Source of the DNA: Balanoglossus misakiensis
Taxonomy: Eukaryota; Animalia; Hemichordata
Length of the DNA: 64,000 nt
Direction of reading: 5' to 3'
Assembly (NCBI GenBank): GCA_040954595.2
Contig: CM082594.2
Span: 11,288,276 to 11,352,275 of the forward strand
The number at the start of each line of letters is the position of its first letter. The stretch's first letter is position 1. A program made the position numbers and the translations under genes. Positions 26,261-40,600 of this stretch are shown piece after piece. The notes beneath the pieces are model-generated. The model saw nothing but the letters and a program-made list of their open reading frames with translations, ran no database searches and had not been told where the DNA came from.

Positions 26261-26995
26261 AGAATCGTAGATGACGAAGATGACGACCGCAGCGATATTT
26301 TTTGAACAGTAGTACTTTTTCAGCGGTGGTTTAACATTCCCAGAATACAAGTCGGAAGTTGCAAATGTCCAGTCCCTCCCTTGTCAACAAGTCAAGCTTC
26401 ACATTATGTTTACACACTTGAATCCTGGCCATGGTGTACTGGTAGTTCCTAACTAGCGTAAAGATGTCTATATTTGTTGGACTCAGTATGAATATTAATT
26501 AATTGAACTCATTCTGATTTAGGACTTAATCAAGAAGTCTATCCGGGTAACATGCGGGCAATTAAACTAATTGGGAAAGGATGATCAATATTAGAGTTTC
26601 GGTAGATGTTGCTATAGCTGGTGCACTTTACGAGGTGTCCGGAGATCCTCCCGTTGATCTGGTGCAATTTAAAGAAGTAGAGATACATGTCAACTTCAAG
26701 AAGATAGTGCTGCCCATTTCGCTGCTGATTTTCAGGATCCACAGTAGTCTTCACAATATTTATTTCATGTTCCCCGAGTCCTTGTTTCTTTGTAGAGTAA
26801 CCGATGTACATTCTCTGATAAAAATAAACTGTATATCGCCACTTTTAGACAACTTCCTTGTATCGTTGTTTGGATTATGCAACAATCGCTCCTTCAGTGC
26901 TCTGAATCCACCCTATTTTTGCTGGTTGACAGAGTACTGCACTCTGAAAAGTGGTCTAACAAACTGAAACAAACTGGTGTACAAGAAACTAATCT

Positions 26996-27020
26996 AGACA
27001 GACAGACAGACAGACAGACA
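26996..27020 (+). repeat. (AGAC)n microsatellite
   Basis: About six perfect AGAC units. Confidence 0.9.
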
Positions 27021-29235
27021 ACTGTTCACTCGCGTATATTATCAACTTTGAAGATTCTAAAACGTTCACTTCAGTTAAAGCAAATTTATCTTATAAACTC
27101 TTTGAACCTTGATGCAAACTTAGCTTTCCAGCATTACCACGTGACCTACATAAGTAATTCACAGGAGCACAGCTTTGCGTCGACACCTGGCTGTGAGACA
27201 TGTTAAGTACAGGATAAATACCCTTGCTGCAACCCAAGTCAACCTAACCAGAGATATTCAACAACCGCAGACGCGTTGACAGCAGAACTTTCAATATGTT
27301 CTCTACTAACGTTTACCCTCACGCCTTACGTGGCACCTGTCATTCATCGAGGCGACTCTAAACCTGCCTGAGCAAATTTTTCATAAATTTAATTGAAGCA
27401 CGTCCAAATATTGAATGGCCATTATACAGATACCCCGTCATTATCAGTCATTATCGTGATAGATCAACTTTCTAATCAATGGCAAATAAACATTGAAAGT
27501 TAAATGTATGTACAGTCAGTCTTCCTCTTTGACACACTCGGTTTGCTCTTCATGTCTAATGTTCTTGACAGAACTTGTCGAATATAATTTGAAGTTGTGA
27601 TGAAAGCAAATTATTCAGTTCAACTATGTCTTGCTTTGGGGAGAATTAATCACATGCCATATCACACTTTCAACCTTTGAAAGACTGTTTCCAAAGAGAC
27701 GACAAGTTCCATCGACGCCGCTCTACCGGGATTACAGACGTGCTTCAGAAAGGATAATTGTCTGGTCTGTAACGGAAATAAGGCTGGTTCACAACAGGGT
27801 ATTTTCATGTGTAGTGGGAACACTGGCTTGAAGATCAAATTTGCAAAGTGAGCAAATGCTGTAGATTTTACAGTGTCGCGTGTGAAAATCCCTTTTGATC
27901 TCCACTAATTATAGTGGATTTTGAAAAGGATATTAAGTCGCTTTAGACTACAACTCAAATGTTGAATACTAAGTCAGTGGAAGGAATCTGAAAACAAGCT
28001 TGCTTTTGGACTGCTTATACTAGGATAGCAGTAATAACGAAATCAATTAGCATTCAGCTTTTATGTTAATAGCCCAAGAACAGTCCTAGGATTACTGTTA
28101 AGAGTTTTTATAGCTGGCAAACATGTATGTACCTGGTCCCCTCAGGTAATTATGATACCCCTGCAAGTCTGACAGTTTGCTCATTTAAGTAATCCTGGAC
28201 ACATTAACCAAACCAAACTCTTGTGCAATTAGAGAATAACCCACCTCCTTGAAACTTTAATAAGTTCTGAACAGAAGTATAAAACCTGCATCGGTTGTGA
28301 AAGATATGTGAGGGCTGTCACTCAAATGACTCACGCATGACTCAATGCATGTTTATCACACGGATATAAATATTATATGATTTTCACTTTTATTCCTCAT
28401 ACTGCATTTTGATGATTTCAGTTTATGATTTTCAATGCTATAATATACCTATACAGTGGTTATGGTCAATTTCATGAATGGCAAATGACTTTGTATCAAA
28501 TCTCACTAAGGTTGTGCTTTTCGGTATTTTAAACTTCACAAGGATGTATGTTTTGTTGGAGAGAACACTGACACCGTTAGTACCCGTATAAAACAGTGCA
28601 CAAAAGTAAAACTGAATACACAGTTGGTGCGCAATGTGGAAAGAAAATGTATCAAAAGCGAGATTTTAATCTCTTGTGGGTTTTATCTGAACCATTAACA
28701 GCGCAAAGTCTCATGGGATTAGATGGCTTGGTAGTAATTTTCGACTAATCGAGTCAGTATGGTGCTCTGGATTACGATAGGCTTTTTAGGCCCAGTGGGG
28801 AATTTGTGATTCACAGAAAAAAATTCTCTTATGCTTCAACGCTTGAGTGATTCGTGCCAGGAGAGGGCGATCCACGTTTCTCAGAAAGCGATCCAGGAAG
28901 CCCTGCCTCAGTAATCTTTCATTCTGACATATATTTACATGGCGAAATTCACTTCTCGGTTTCCTATAGATTTTGAGTAATCAACAATAGGGTTGTTGTA
29001 AAGTTAAAGGTTATGTCATGCTGAAAATTTCAGACTTGGAAAACCATCACAATACAATGTATTGTTTTTTTATATATTTAATGTACGCGCTCGACATTTT
29101 ACCACCGATATTTAGAAAAGGGTGAGTGTTGTCTAAGTAGTAAACAATGAGAATGTGACAGAACTTCAGATCATTTTAAACACTGCCATAAGCAGGCTAT
29201 GCTGCATCCACTAACAAAGATTAATTGAAAAAGTA

Positions 29236-29252
29236 CTAGCGCCCTCTTGCGG
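29236..29252 (-). promoter_or_regulatory. Candidate CTCF-binding motif
   Basis: Reverse complement CCGCAAGAGGGCGCTAG is close to the CTCF core consensus CCASYAGRKGGCRS. Confidence 0.35.
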
Positions 29253-29497
29253 AATTACAGACAATGCCTTTGTTTAAAAGTTGCTGTAGGCTAACTGCTG
29301 GTACTAGTATATTTGAATATTATGTAACAACACCTGTCCAGGATGTTTCAAATGTCACACCCTGAAGAATTCAAAGGGAACACTGCAGTGCATTCAACTG
29401 TCTTTTCATGATGCATTCTGTTATACCTAACCAAACCCAACTGCCCTCACATTCGCATCCTGTCGCAGATATTTGATAAACAACAAACATTACCTAC

Positions 29498-31470
29498 CTT
29501 CAATTCCAACGCAGACCACAAGTTGAAGAGTGCTTCTCTTGGACCCATCCAGGCCTGGGCACGATTTCCACCATTTCCGGGGCAAGCCATGACCTCAGAC
29601 GTATTTCAACTTCAAGCGTATTTGGACAATTGATTTCCATACCCATCGTTTCGGACAGACTTCCAGATGAGGTGTCTATAAGGCAAGTTTTCTAAATTAT
29701 CTTCTAATAGCATTATTTTTTATGACCAGTAACACGTACAATAGTATTCTTGCAGCCAATAAGTTTATTGTCTTAAAACACAAGCCCTTTTACAGAAATT
29801 GCTACACGTGAACATGTGTCACAGTGTATTGCATCATTTGAGTTTGTTTGTGTGTGTTGATGTACTCAGTTATTTTGTTTGTGGATAAACTTGCTTGCTG
29901 CTTGAATCGGTGTCACATTCTGAGTTACAAATCTCGAGGTTATATAGCGCCGCCTCAGTTCAAAGGAAGCAAACATAACACAATGTCGTTTAGCGTAAGG
30001 GCAGTTTATTCTTGGAGATTTATCAGCTGATCACTTCCCACCAATCAGGTTGTGCATGTGGATAGATATATTGAGAAGGTAAACAAAGTGTCCTTGATTC
30101 GAAATACAAATTGCTGGGGGGGGGGGGGGCAACATAATAACAGGGGTGAAACACCCCCTCCCAGGTTCTGTCTAGATAAACACTGCGTAATATTACATGT
30201 ACCAACATCCCTGAGAATACCATGGCCACTTAAACATTGGTAAAGATAAACACACTACAGTGTTGATTGTGTGGAAAGTAAATAACAGTTTAAGTAAGTT
30301 TACAGCATTAATGAGATCAAATACATATGTTACTTAAGGCAAATATGGTAAAATACATATCACAGAAGGCAAAATTTGTCAAAACTGAACTGCGCCTGTT
30401 GAATATAGATAAAATAGTAGAAATCGATCATAGGGTGAAAGGTCAATGACGCTAAAGTCAGGTAAAACTTTATTGACCAATCAGAACGCTTGATACTTAT
30501 GTCCAATCACAGCCCGACACCTACCTTTCGTGAGTGTAGCGCCAGCAACGTTAGGAATTGAAGGAGGAAGGAAAGCAGCTGGGAAAGTGACACGTTATCA
30601 GTCTCTAATTTTCTATTCCCTATTAAACGCTTGAGATAGGACAACTCACAGTCTGCTTGGGTTATTATGCCAAAAGGTGTCATTAAGGACGGCATCTTAA
30701 CCTGTAAATATAAATATGATATGTTTTGTGAGGGGTATTATAAGGCAGACGCACCCTCTGTCAGTTTGACCTAAGTCCCAAGGACACTCACTGTGTTGTG
30801 TATGGCTTCACCAGACTCCGCAGACTCTAATTAAACTAGCCGAACTCATAACTGTAAAACACTATACACTGCCGTGATTAATAAAGTCGACAACGTCACA
30901 GCACTCTGCTCATTATGCGGAACTAGTCCGTTCCAGCGAACGTGTAAGGGGTACACTGCCCAGAGAGGAACCGTGCACGAAGGTCGGTTTCTGCTGACTC
31001 ACCTCGCACTAAAAACAACGCTGGTCAGCCACACCATTCAGAACGAACACGCTGTTCCAACAATTCAATGTTGTCCTCTGCTAGTAGTTGCCGATAAACC
31101 ATCCCGCCGTTAGCACCAATTGTCGTAGATAAATAGGCCTATAGTCTGTACATGGTAGCGTTGACTTTACTTGTTATCCCTGGCCTGTCCATGTCAGTCA
31201 CAGTGCACGCCAAGCAAAATCCGACGGGATAGAACATGTGTATCCATACTGCAGCCAGCACGAAGTGACCGTTCTCCCTCGGAAATGTCCAGCTTCGTCG
31301 CACCTGACTGGGCCAGAATGTAACGGAAGCAACACGAGTTCTTCTGATAACCACATATATGTTGTAGAAAGGTTCCTTGCGTCTCTAAGTGCATTTCACT
31401 TCAGTCCCCATCGCCCCAGGTTGACCTGCCGTGTCCTCTCCTTCCTCCTCCAAGATAAGGCATGACGTCA
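29498..31470 (-). ncRNA. Candidate spliced non-coding or decayed transcript (exons about 31440-31003, 30701-30525, 29675-29498)
   Basis: Minus-strand donors GAG|gtgagt (31002), AAG|gtaggt (30524) and AAG|gtaggt (29497). Acceptors tttatatttacag| (30702) and ccttatag| (29676). CRE TGACGTCA at 31463-31470 and a CCAAT box near 31495. No recognisable protein. Confidence 0.25.
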
Positions 31471-34400
31471 TTACGGGAATGCTGGGTAAATGTGATTGGA
31501 TAAAAGTTAGATTCCTCTGCAGTAGTTGTGATGGGTTTTGGACTATGATAGTTTAATTCAGCCCCCTCTATTTCCTTGTCGAATTTTCATACTATGATTT
31601 GGATTAGGCTAATGTCAGATTGTAATGTGTGAGAACTTTGTTGTTAAAGGTCAATCTACGGATATTGGCATTTTGTCTGTGAAGAATTAGAAAACCACAG
31701 ATTTGCGCAGTGATAGTGGTGGATGATTGTATTTGTGCGGAAGGTTAATGTAGTTAAATTAGACTGTCATTATATTTTATTTTTTTCCAATTAAGCACTA
31801 AGTGACCCATCGTTTCTAAAATATACAGTTTCTAAGGAAGCATGACTTCGAAGAAGTAAAATGTACTTTTCCAGTCTTGTTCAAACGTTGAGAAATCTCC
31901 ATGACGATAAACTCAGCTTCAGTATCGTTAACCTTGGAGATCAAGGCGCGTCGTCATGGCAGCAACGGGTGCAGTCCTCGTTGCGTGGTAACCTAATGAA
32001 TTAAACGTTCACCCCACTGTTATCTCTATGTGTCGTGAACGCCCATGTTACACAAAGCTGTGCCAACATGATTAACCACTTGCCACGAAACGAAAAGTAA
32101 AGAAGGCAGTGACTTGTTGCAAACTGACACGACTTTTGTTTCACATCACCGCTTAGGAGTAGTTTCGAAATTCAGCCTTGACAAACTGACTATACTTGAA
32201 CCTGGAATCAGAAGATAAGGTGAATCTGTTTAATTAACAGATTGTAACAAAATATCTATTTTCGTTTCGTTTTTTTCTACCCGAATACGTCAGTTATTAT
32301 CACTTCAAACGTGTGGCCGTACTCTCATAGAGTGCAAATTTAAATAGATTTGTGAGATCGCCACCAAATGTTGTGAAAGTAACATGGCTTAATCCTGTTT
32401 TGCTTCACTTAATAAGCCACACCTTGTTCGTCTTGACATTTTCAAACTCGTGATTTCTGTCACATTCTGGGTCGCCCTTCTTCTCAACAGTGGCGTGCGA
32501 GTGTCGTAATGACAAACCGAACCTTGTCTCTAAGAGTGTCATTCCTTTCCATCTAAGATGACACCACCAACATGTTGGCCATAGTCAGTGATCTTTGTTG
32601 GGTGACCTTGCATATACTGTCCGCCTGAACGGTTAGACATCTCAAATCTGGATAAGTACACTTATACTATGGAGTTGCCATTCTGTAATTCAACTGTCAT
32701 GTAATGCTTAGGACCATTGTTGGAATCATTTCGCATCAATGCAGTTTTCTGTCAATATACGGCCACATTCAATATTTTTCACTCTTCACAATTTGCATAT
32801 CAACAGGCAGTCCCAACAGCAACAAGGTGTCGTAAAATAAAATGATTATCCAACTGATCGTACATTGTCGGACTATGACAACTAAAATCATTACATTGTG
32901 TTCTTTCCATAAAAGTCAGCGTGCCTAAATAATACTCTGACAGTTGCTTTGTGTACCAGACAATTGTAAACCTTGTTTTGAAGAAATTTCATGAAACCGG
33001 GAGACACCGACTGCTCGTATATCTGTCATGTTGTTGCTGGACACATTCGACGGGTTTGTTGGATCGTGTGATTTAATAATAACTGTTATATGTTGTGGAC
33101 AGTTGGATTAGACACCTGTGTTTGTGTAACCATAAATTACACTGAGTAAACTACAACGGATTGGATCTGCAGAGAGAGGGAGAGAAAAGGGCGAGAAGTC
33201 TTTGATCCAAAACCGCCACACTTGAAACGCTGGTAGGCAAAAAATAGTTCGCGGCGTAAAATGTCATTCAGTTGAAATTATAACGCAGCGAAGCTGCGAA
33301 CTTCCTAGCTGCTAGGGCTCTTGCCGACAAGAAATAGTCAGAAATGTCGATAGTCGCTGTGATCTTAATTGAAGGAAACATTGCTGCATTAGTTTGAGAA
33401 TTAAAAGCGTCGAACAGTACATTTCCCACTTTCATTAATGTATGAACTGCAAAACGTTTTATAAAGGCAATCTTCTCTCTATATATCTGTGATGAGGAAA
33501 CACTGAAATTGTACACAATATAGAATTAGCCAATTGCAATGTCAAACGTTTTGATTGATAATAGTCGTTGGTGTTTTCAAGCGAATTGGATTCTTAAGCG
33601 ACAGGGTCGAAAATGAAGAATATAGAAGGATGACGTGTGACTTGACAGACAAAAGGCCTATACCTTTACCCTGACGCATCAATCTTGGTATTCGCTCTTC
33701 AAACCCATCGCGTGTTTATTAAGTTAAATGAACCGAATGTAAAGATTTTGCCAGTTTTTAACAATGGCCATGACCGTCGTTATTCTCATTTCATTGTCGA
33801 TTTGCCTCCTTGGAGCCAGTCTCAAGATTTATCCACCGGAACAATATTCCTCTCAGTTCGTTGGCCTTTACTTACGGTCCATTCGGCTTCAATTGCATTA
33901 AGTTATTACAGACAGAGAGCTTTTATTTACTTGAAATCACTGTGTTCATGATAGTGACGACGGTTCGTGTTCCACAACACCGATAAACAATCAGATCAGT
34001 TGGTCATAACTACAAATAATCAATATCGCTGTACCTGAATCTCATGGGCGTGTATTCAGGTCATACCTACGTGTATACCATATGTTATTGTCCAGTTCAT
34101 TCATTTTGTTCCATTGACACCCAAATCCCGTTTCTTGTTTCAATTTGCATGTTTACATAGACGCTGCTAATGTCCCAAAGTTAGACCGGCATTTTGTGTC
34201 ATTACGAGAGAGAATATTAGTCAGGTGGTAGATTGCTTTTTTTTTTAAACAAAAGGAATGAAAATTGTCTTACTTGAATTATTAAACTTATGATGAATGA
34301 ATATGAGGGAAAAGAAAACCAACGGCTTCAATGCATCATCAGCAGGGCCAGATGTAAAGTATCAAGATATGAGCTGGAGATTAGAACGGTTTCTTTCAAT

Positions 34401-34610
34401 TACATTTGGGGTCAAACGAAACTAGTAGCTCGTGACAAAACGCAGTATGCCTAAGAATATGGTAGTTGCGTGGGCAATGAAGGCAGTGTGTGCGGGGGAT
34501 TGTCTCCCAACTTGCTAAAGTTGAAGACAACATTTACAGGCAACTGAATTCAACATGCGTATTGCCTCTCCGCACGCATCAAGGTATCAAGACAGAAAAA
34601 CACACGTTTG

Positions 34611-35278
34611 TTTATTTAAGCCAGTGACATTTATTAGCAGTTGTCTATAAGACCTTATAAACACTGAAACATCGCAAATCAGTCTTTTACATAAGGACTT
34701 TTCATGAAAAAAGCGTTGCTATCTCACTTGGATCAAGTGTTTACGAGGCATGAATTAAGTCCACAACATCTCTTTATAAATTTAAGTCAGACTAACAGTT
34801 TGTATTCTACATTCATAGATATTTCATTGCAATTAGAATTTTTTGGTGACACAAATGTATCAAATTTAACTCGACATTCTGTTAAAAAGTAAAACTCGCG
34901 AGACAAGATAGTAGTATTCAGTAGCCCCACCATCGAGTACAATGGTTCTGCTTATAACAGCGAAAGACAACTATTCCCAGACTGTGAGATCCTCCTAAAT
35001 TCTAAGAATAGATAAAAATAGGGGATATGTAATTTCAATTGACATTTCGGGCAAACCACACGACGCTGTATTTGCCATATGACGATATGTATTATTATTT
35101 ATATCGAAGGTAAATTAATAATGACAAAATACTTCTTTTAAAGCACATAATTGTTTAACAGTGAAATAAATAATATTTATCTGTTGTCAGAAAGACAGTC
35201 TTCATAAATTTAGATTGGACTCTTCTCTCCTTTTTTACACAAGATATCAAGGCTTATAACATTCTACTGTTTCTTGGC
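34611..35278 (-). other. Probable 3' UTR exon of the RWamide precursor gene
   Basis: Donor AAC|gtaagt at 36205, five nt after the stop. Strong acceptor tctctcttttctcatttcag| at 35279. Minus-strand AATAAA at 34616-34611; the true 3' end is uncertain. Confidence 0.5.
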
Positions 35279-36210
35279 CTGAAATGAGAAAAGAGAGACA
35301 AATATAAGAAAAAATATAATTTGTGTATACTGAGATGTAATAATGACCGGTCACATATTATCCCAAACATGGTACCTTCATTTTCAATTCAACAAAATCA
35401 CTGTATTATAATAATGAAATATAGGCCAGTCAACCCTTTGATCGCTTATGTTTCTCTGGGCTTTGCGTATAAGGAGTGGAAGCAATTTCTATGTTCAATA
35501 TTTGGCGTGCCCCTCTACAAGTCCATGTCATCGACCTTTTCTTGCAGTGGGTCATTCCCCTTTCATCATTATGGAAGAATTATGATATGATCACTGATCT
35601 GCAGATGAGAATTAGATGCCATGAGGCACACAGTTGGAAGTTCAGCCAAAGACAGACACTGTCGTTCTCTTATTTCCGTTCAACTGCAATTGTTTACGGT
35701 AAATTTCAAAAAGAAGTGTCAACGAAAAATAGCATGAGTTCATTATTTCTACAATGAGCATTATTAATACCTGGCTATATGCAATTCATGCACCAAACGT
35801 CTGCAATTTGGCGCGTTTTATTAATTTATTGAAATCGTTTCATAAGGGCCGCTATCGAATCATAAGACCGTGGGTCACAAATTAAGGACCGCTTGAAGTA
35901 ATTTTTATTGTATTGTCATTTCCTTCATTAATTGCTAAATACCAAATTATGAGACGCGTAAGTATCCATAATTTTCCTGATTGCATTTAAGGGAAGGTAA
36001 TTTCTTCTGCCGTCCGCTCCAATACTTGCCAATTTCATGACTGATAAATAATTCAGGTCATGCGCTGTTTCTCTTCAAATAATGAAAAGAAATTTCTGAT
36101 TTTTCCATCCCCGGCGGAATAAGTGCATTTCGGTAACGAGTTACGTTCGATGTAACTTACAGAAGTGATTTGAGGATCCAGAAAATCTGACGTCATCTTA
36201 CTTACGTTTG

Positions 36211-36923
36211 TCAGGGTTCGTCTTCCTGTTCGTCGTCAAGTCCAGTGAGGAATTGTTCAAATGCTCTCTTTTCGGCCAATCTTTTGATCGCCTCCCTGTA
36301 GAATGGAAAAGTCCAAGTTACACGTTTTTCTGGGTTTACTCCATGTCCAATTGATTAAAATTGACATGGTGAATAATATATAATAATTTAAGGATGAAAG
36401 ACATTTCTGTACCCAGGCGAATTTGGTTTAATGGCGAACAATTCTCATGTGAATGACTAATCCAGCTCAGGCTGTTCCAGAAGCGCCGTAACTCGAATGA
36501 TCTGGACATAAAATCTCACATTTTTGATCACGGGCTTGTAACTTAACAACTGCGGGGATCGTGTGCAATTTCCACGGGAGAGGTAATACAATTTCAGTCG
36601 AAGTGTGAAACGTTTCTATCTCGCAAGGATAGAACCTAATTATCTCGGTGCAGATAACAAAGACAACAGGCAGAAAACCAGATGATGATGAACAATGTCA
36701 CACTATGAGAGAATCTTGACACCCCTCTTTCCCCTTAAACATCAGTAACCTAATGTACCTACCTGAACCTATCGGATATTTGGTACGATCTTTTACCCCA
36801 CCGTGACCCATATAACTCGGGCATGCAACCTGCTTTGGGACATCCTGCTTCGCTTTGTCTTACTACAACTGATAATGTGAGTGTGAGGACCAAGAATATA
36901 ACAAAAATTTTTGCCGATTCCAT
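36211..36923 (-). CDS. Neuropeptide-type precursor (81 aa) yielding GCPKAGCMPELYGSRW-amide; coding exons 36923-36763 and 36295-36211
   Basis: Acceptor ctcccttttctctatttcag|A-ATG, then a phase-2 intron AG|gtaggt...ttttccattctacag|G. Spliced ORF: MESAKIFVIFLVLTLTLSVVVRQSEA-GCPKAGCMPELYGSRW-GKR-SYQISDRFREAI-KR-LAE-KR-AFEQFLTGLDDEQEDEP*. It has a signal peptide, a GKR amidation site, further dibasic sites and an acidic tail. Not in the ORF track. Confidence 0.88.
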
Positions 36924-37470
36924 TCTGAAATAGAGAAAAGGGAGAAAGAAACAATAATGTAGATTTGTTATAATTATGTATTAACAATAAAAGCCAAGTT
37001 TGCTGTAACTTAAAAAACTTAGGGACAGAATTCCGTTAACGCGATTTTAGTACAATATTTGATGTGCTCTGTTTAATTTGCTCTTAACGACATACTGGAG
37101 GGAGCGAATGTAACCATCATATCGATTATTGTACGACGTGTTTATTGACACTCGTGGAGATTACAGAGTTAATAGTTCAAACTTTCACAACAAGGTGGTT
37201 AGTTCTGGTTTACCCAATACAAGTAGTAACAGTACAGTCAAATTGCAATTCAGACAGACATCCGTGCAATGTGTCAGTCATTCTCTTCTACATGCGGTCA
37301 GTTTATCAACAAACGCATGCACACACGCTCTTCGCGGTTTATCAATATTAACTCAAGACCGTACTGAAATTGCCTGTTCTGTCTGTTTAGCTTTTAAGAG
37401 CGTGTCTCTGGCTTCCCGACAAAGCGTTTCTGAAGATATTGAGAGAAGGTGATAGCTTCCACCAACATAC

Positions 37471-37645
37471 TCTTAAAGTGACCTTCTCAACAAACAGGGA
37501 AGGACAAACAACGATTGCGTAGATTACAACAACCGTAGTGCGACGGCGATATGATTTTACACAAATGGTCGACTTTTATAAGAAGCCTTGAATGAAGCCA
37601 TTTAAATGCAAACATATAAGCAGAACGAGCATGTCCAATCACATG
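37471..37645 (-). promoter_or_regulatory. Probable promoter and non-coding first exon (about 37552-37471) of the RWamide precursor gene
   Basis: Minus-strand TATAAAA at 37580-37574, donor AGA|gtatgt at 37470, octamer-like ATGCAAAC at 37606-37613, CCAAT near 37636. Confidence 0.5.
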
Positions 37646-40600
37646 TTGACGCCATGTTGGTTAATAGATAAACACAAATTTCGTTGAATGTGTGTGGCCA
37701 TCTCCAGCTGTAGATGCTCAATGGTAAATACCTGGCGATCATTCTCTCTAATATCCCTACACAGATTCATATTTGTGAATCCCTTGACTTTCCGGCGCTT
37801 AATCATATAATATGCGGCTTATTAACACTTGCCTACCTACGCGCTGGTTGGCAACCGCTGTTCACATGTGTCGCTAATCTCTTGCGCATGTGTGTATTCC
37901 CACCATTATGGCATCCATCAAATCTACCCTCTTCGAACAACTTAGTGACTCGGGATAAAGTGGGAACCAGCAGCCTTGTCATTTTGAAGTATAAGCAAAT
38001 ATTTATAGCAAGTCCTTAATTCCTCCCTCGAATAAACCTGTACAAAAATAATTTTCGCAGTTCCACGACACGTTTATACCTTTTATTGGTGTTTACCTGG
38101 ACAACGGTATATATTTCACCACACACCTAATAATTCACACAAGTAAAGAGTCTACGTGAGGATTATCCTACATAATGCATCAAAATACAATCAAGCGTGA
38201 GAAGATGGCTTCCATCACGTGACTCGTAAAGTTTAGTCAATTCTGAAAAGGGTACTTTGCGATCCTTTTGCGCAGAATATTCCCCGGCGAACAAATCGCG
38301 CTACTCCGAGAACTCATCCCCTTCGCGTGTGTGTTTCTGTTATCTCGTTTTCACCAGTGCTACGAAACGTGAGCCCCCTCGTCTTGATTAATTAAAGATC
38401 CAGGGCTTTCACGTGAACAATCGAGAAGACCAGCGCAACGTTTGAGAAGATCCAATTGTACACTCTAATGATCCTTGAACAACATTCTGCTGATCAAACC
38501 ATTCAGTTTGATAAAGGGACATTTCACATCGATCGTTGTCTAATTGACCCAGTAAGTGCTTAGCCCATGTATCTGTCGAAATTAACGGAAATCTGAGAAC
38601 AGAGCTAGAGTTCTAATCAGAAGGGATCGTATTAATTCCAGGCACTCACTCCAATCTTGGTTTAACTAATTGGTCGTCGTATTACACTAGTTCTATTGAT
38701 TTGAGACACTCACTTTTTGTCTCATAATGGACCTCGGATGGCAATTTCAATAAAACGTATGGAGTAAGAAGATGCCGTACTTTGCAATACACACGGGTTG
38801 ATCTTCAACCTTTAATGGAAAAATGCTTGAACTCAATCTTATTCTTAATTCCATATTTCATTAATCGATGAGTCAAGAATCTCTCCACTATTAGAACTAT
38901 AAGTGATCGCGCACGCATCAGGACGTTCCTGGAAATGCAATGGATTGCCCTATGGTATACTTTTGTTGCACAATATGTAGACTTGGATTGGATTTTTTTA
39001 CTTGCCAATTGTCGCTGGATGATCCCTGTGTGAAAAAGGATTTTGAGTGAAATTCATCTCTGTAGCGGTTGGCCCAAATAAATGTCAAGCAATTATGCTA
39101 TGTAAGTCATGTTGTCATAGCTTTGTGGATAACGTGACTCGATTTTGAACCTCCACTCGATCGGATGTGATTCCAAGCGATTGGTATATTATACTAACGA
39201 CCTTTAGGATAATTTCCTCTTCAAAATGAAACTAAACGTTTTAGCCTCGTCACGACAAGTTTCGCAAACTGACCACACTAGATCATTGAACTAACATGTA
39301 TAGTTAGTCAGAAATGAATGTTCACTTTGAGCCAACATGACTATTGACTTTACAAACAAACAGCAGAGTCGTAATCTTGATTGAAATGCTACGGGTTCGT
39401 TCTTGTCAACTATTGTTCTAGGGTCATTACATACACGCCAATTTCGAACTTCTGAGAGTCCTTCATCAGACCATTCACACAATTCCACTTTCTTATTACT
39501 TTGTGTCTCACTTCAAACTTTGCAGTGCTGTTCAAATTACAGGATGAACCATATTGACTTGATATATGCGCGTTCAATTTAATACAGAGGGTCCTTCCAA
39601 AATTGACTGTTAAGGAAACTGCTATTTTCTAATTTATGAAAGGGGTGTGCGATCGGTAACTCAGAATCGTTGATGGTTGCGAGTAAGATGGTAGAAGTCA
39701 AAATCTCAACTCAAATGGGTGCTAACAGCTTTGCAATTCACACCGTTGTTTCAATTGCAAAGTCAGTGGAACCAAGAGTACATGTAGGTGTTCATCTAGA
39801 CAAAAATAGACACGCAATGATATAAATCTGTGTAATCTTTTCCCCCCAATTGAATGTTGAACAGATACAAATCAAATTGTCTCAAACACAAATGTCCTAC
39901 AGAGTGTGAAAGCCGCACAAAGCCGACACGTTGTTTTCAACCGCGAGGCGCGATTATCGACTCATGATTTCAAATGAGTCAGATATATTTGATCGCAACT
40001 CTGAGTGATTGACATGTACCTAGACCTCGATAGAGTGTACAAGACTTGAATAAATTCGTCTTTTCGATGGACTGTTAGATAGGCCCATAGGGAGTTTCAT
40101 GAGCTTTCGTTTTTGCTTGGCTTCAAGAGAAGGTCTGCCAGACAAAATATCAGTCAACAGTCGAACCAAGTGCCTTCAAGTGACGTGCATTCATAGCGTT
40201 GCACTTTACAGATGAAAATACTCTTTTTCGGCTCATTTCGGTATTTGTAAGCATTCATGTCGCATAAGGTGTAACCAACGGAATCAAATAGCTTAGCATT
40301 GCCCTCTAAGGCGAGTTCAAGAAACCCAGGAAATCACGATTTACTTAATTTTTAAAAGATTTCAAAACATCCCAGTCGAACAGGCGCGGGACTGACAGAT
40401 GTTGAATAATTGACGTCAATGAACGCAAAGAGCAAAAAACAAAACAGTTTCTTGGCGAGAAATACGCACATGCCCCCAAGCATTGGAATTGGTTATCCGT
40501 CAAAGTAAAAACGTGATTTGAATTTAAAAAAAAAACTATTTCTTCAACACTATATTCTTTTTCAATCTTGAACTGTACGTATGGAACAACACTGTCCAGA

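Noticed and set aside
36789-36845. Naming gene 4 luqin, vasopressin/oxytocin or CCAP
   Set aside because: It lacks the luqin C-terminal Cys pair and FMRW core, has no neurophysin, and has the wrong ring for CCAP.
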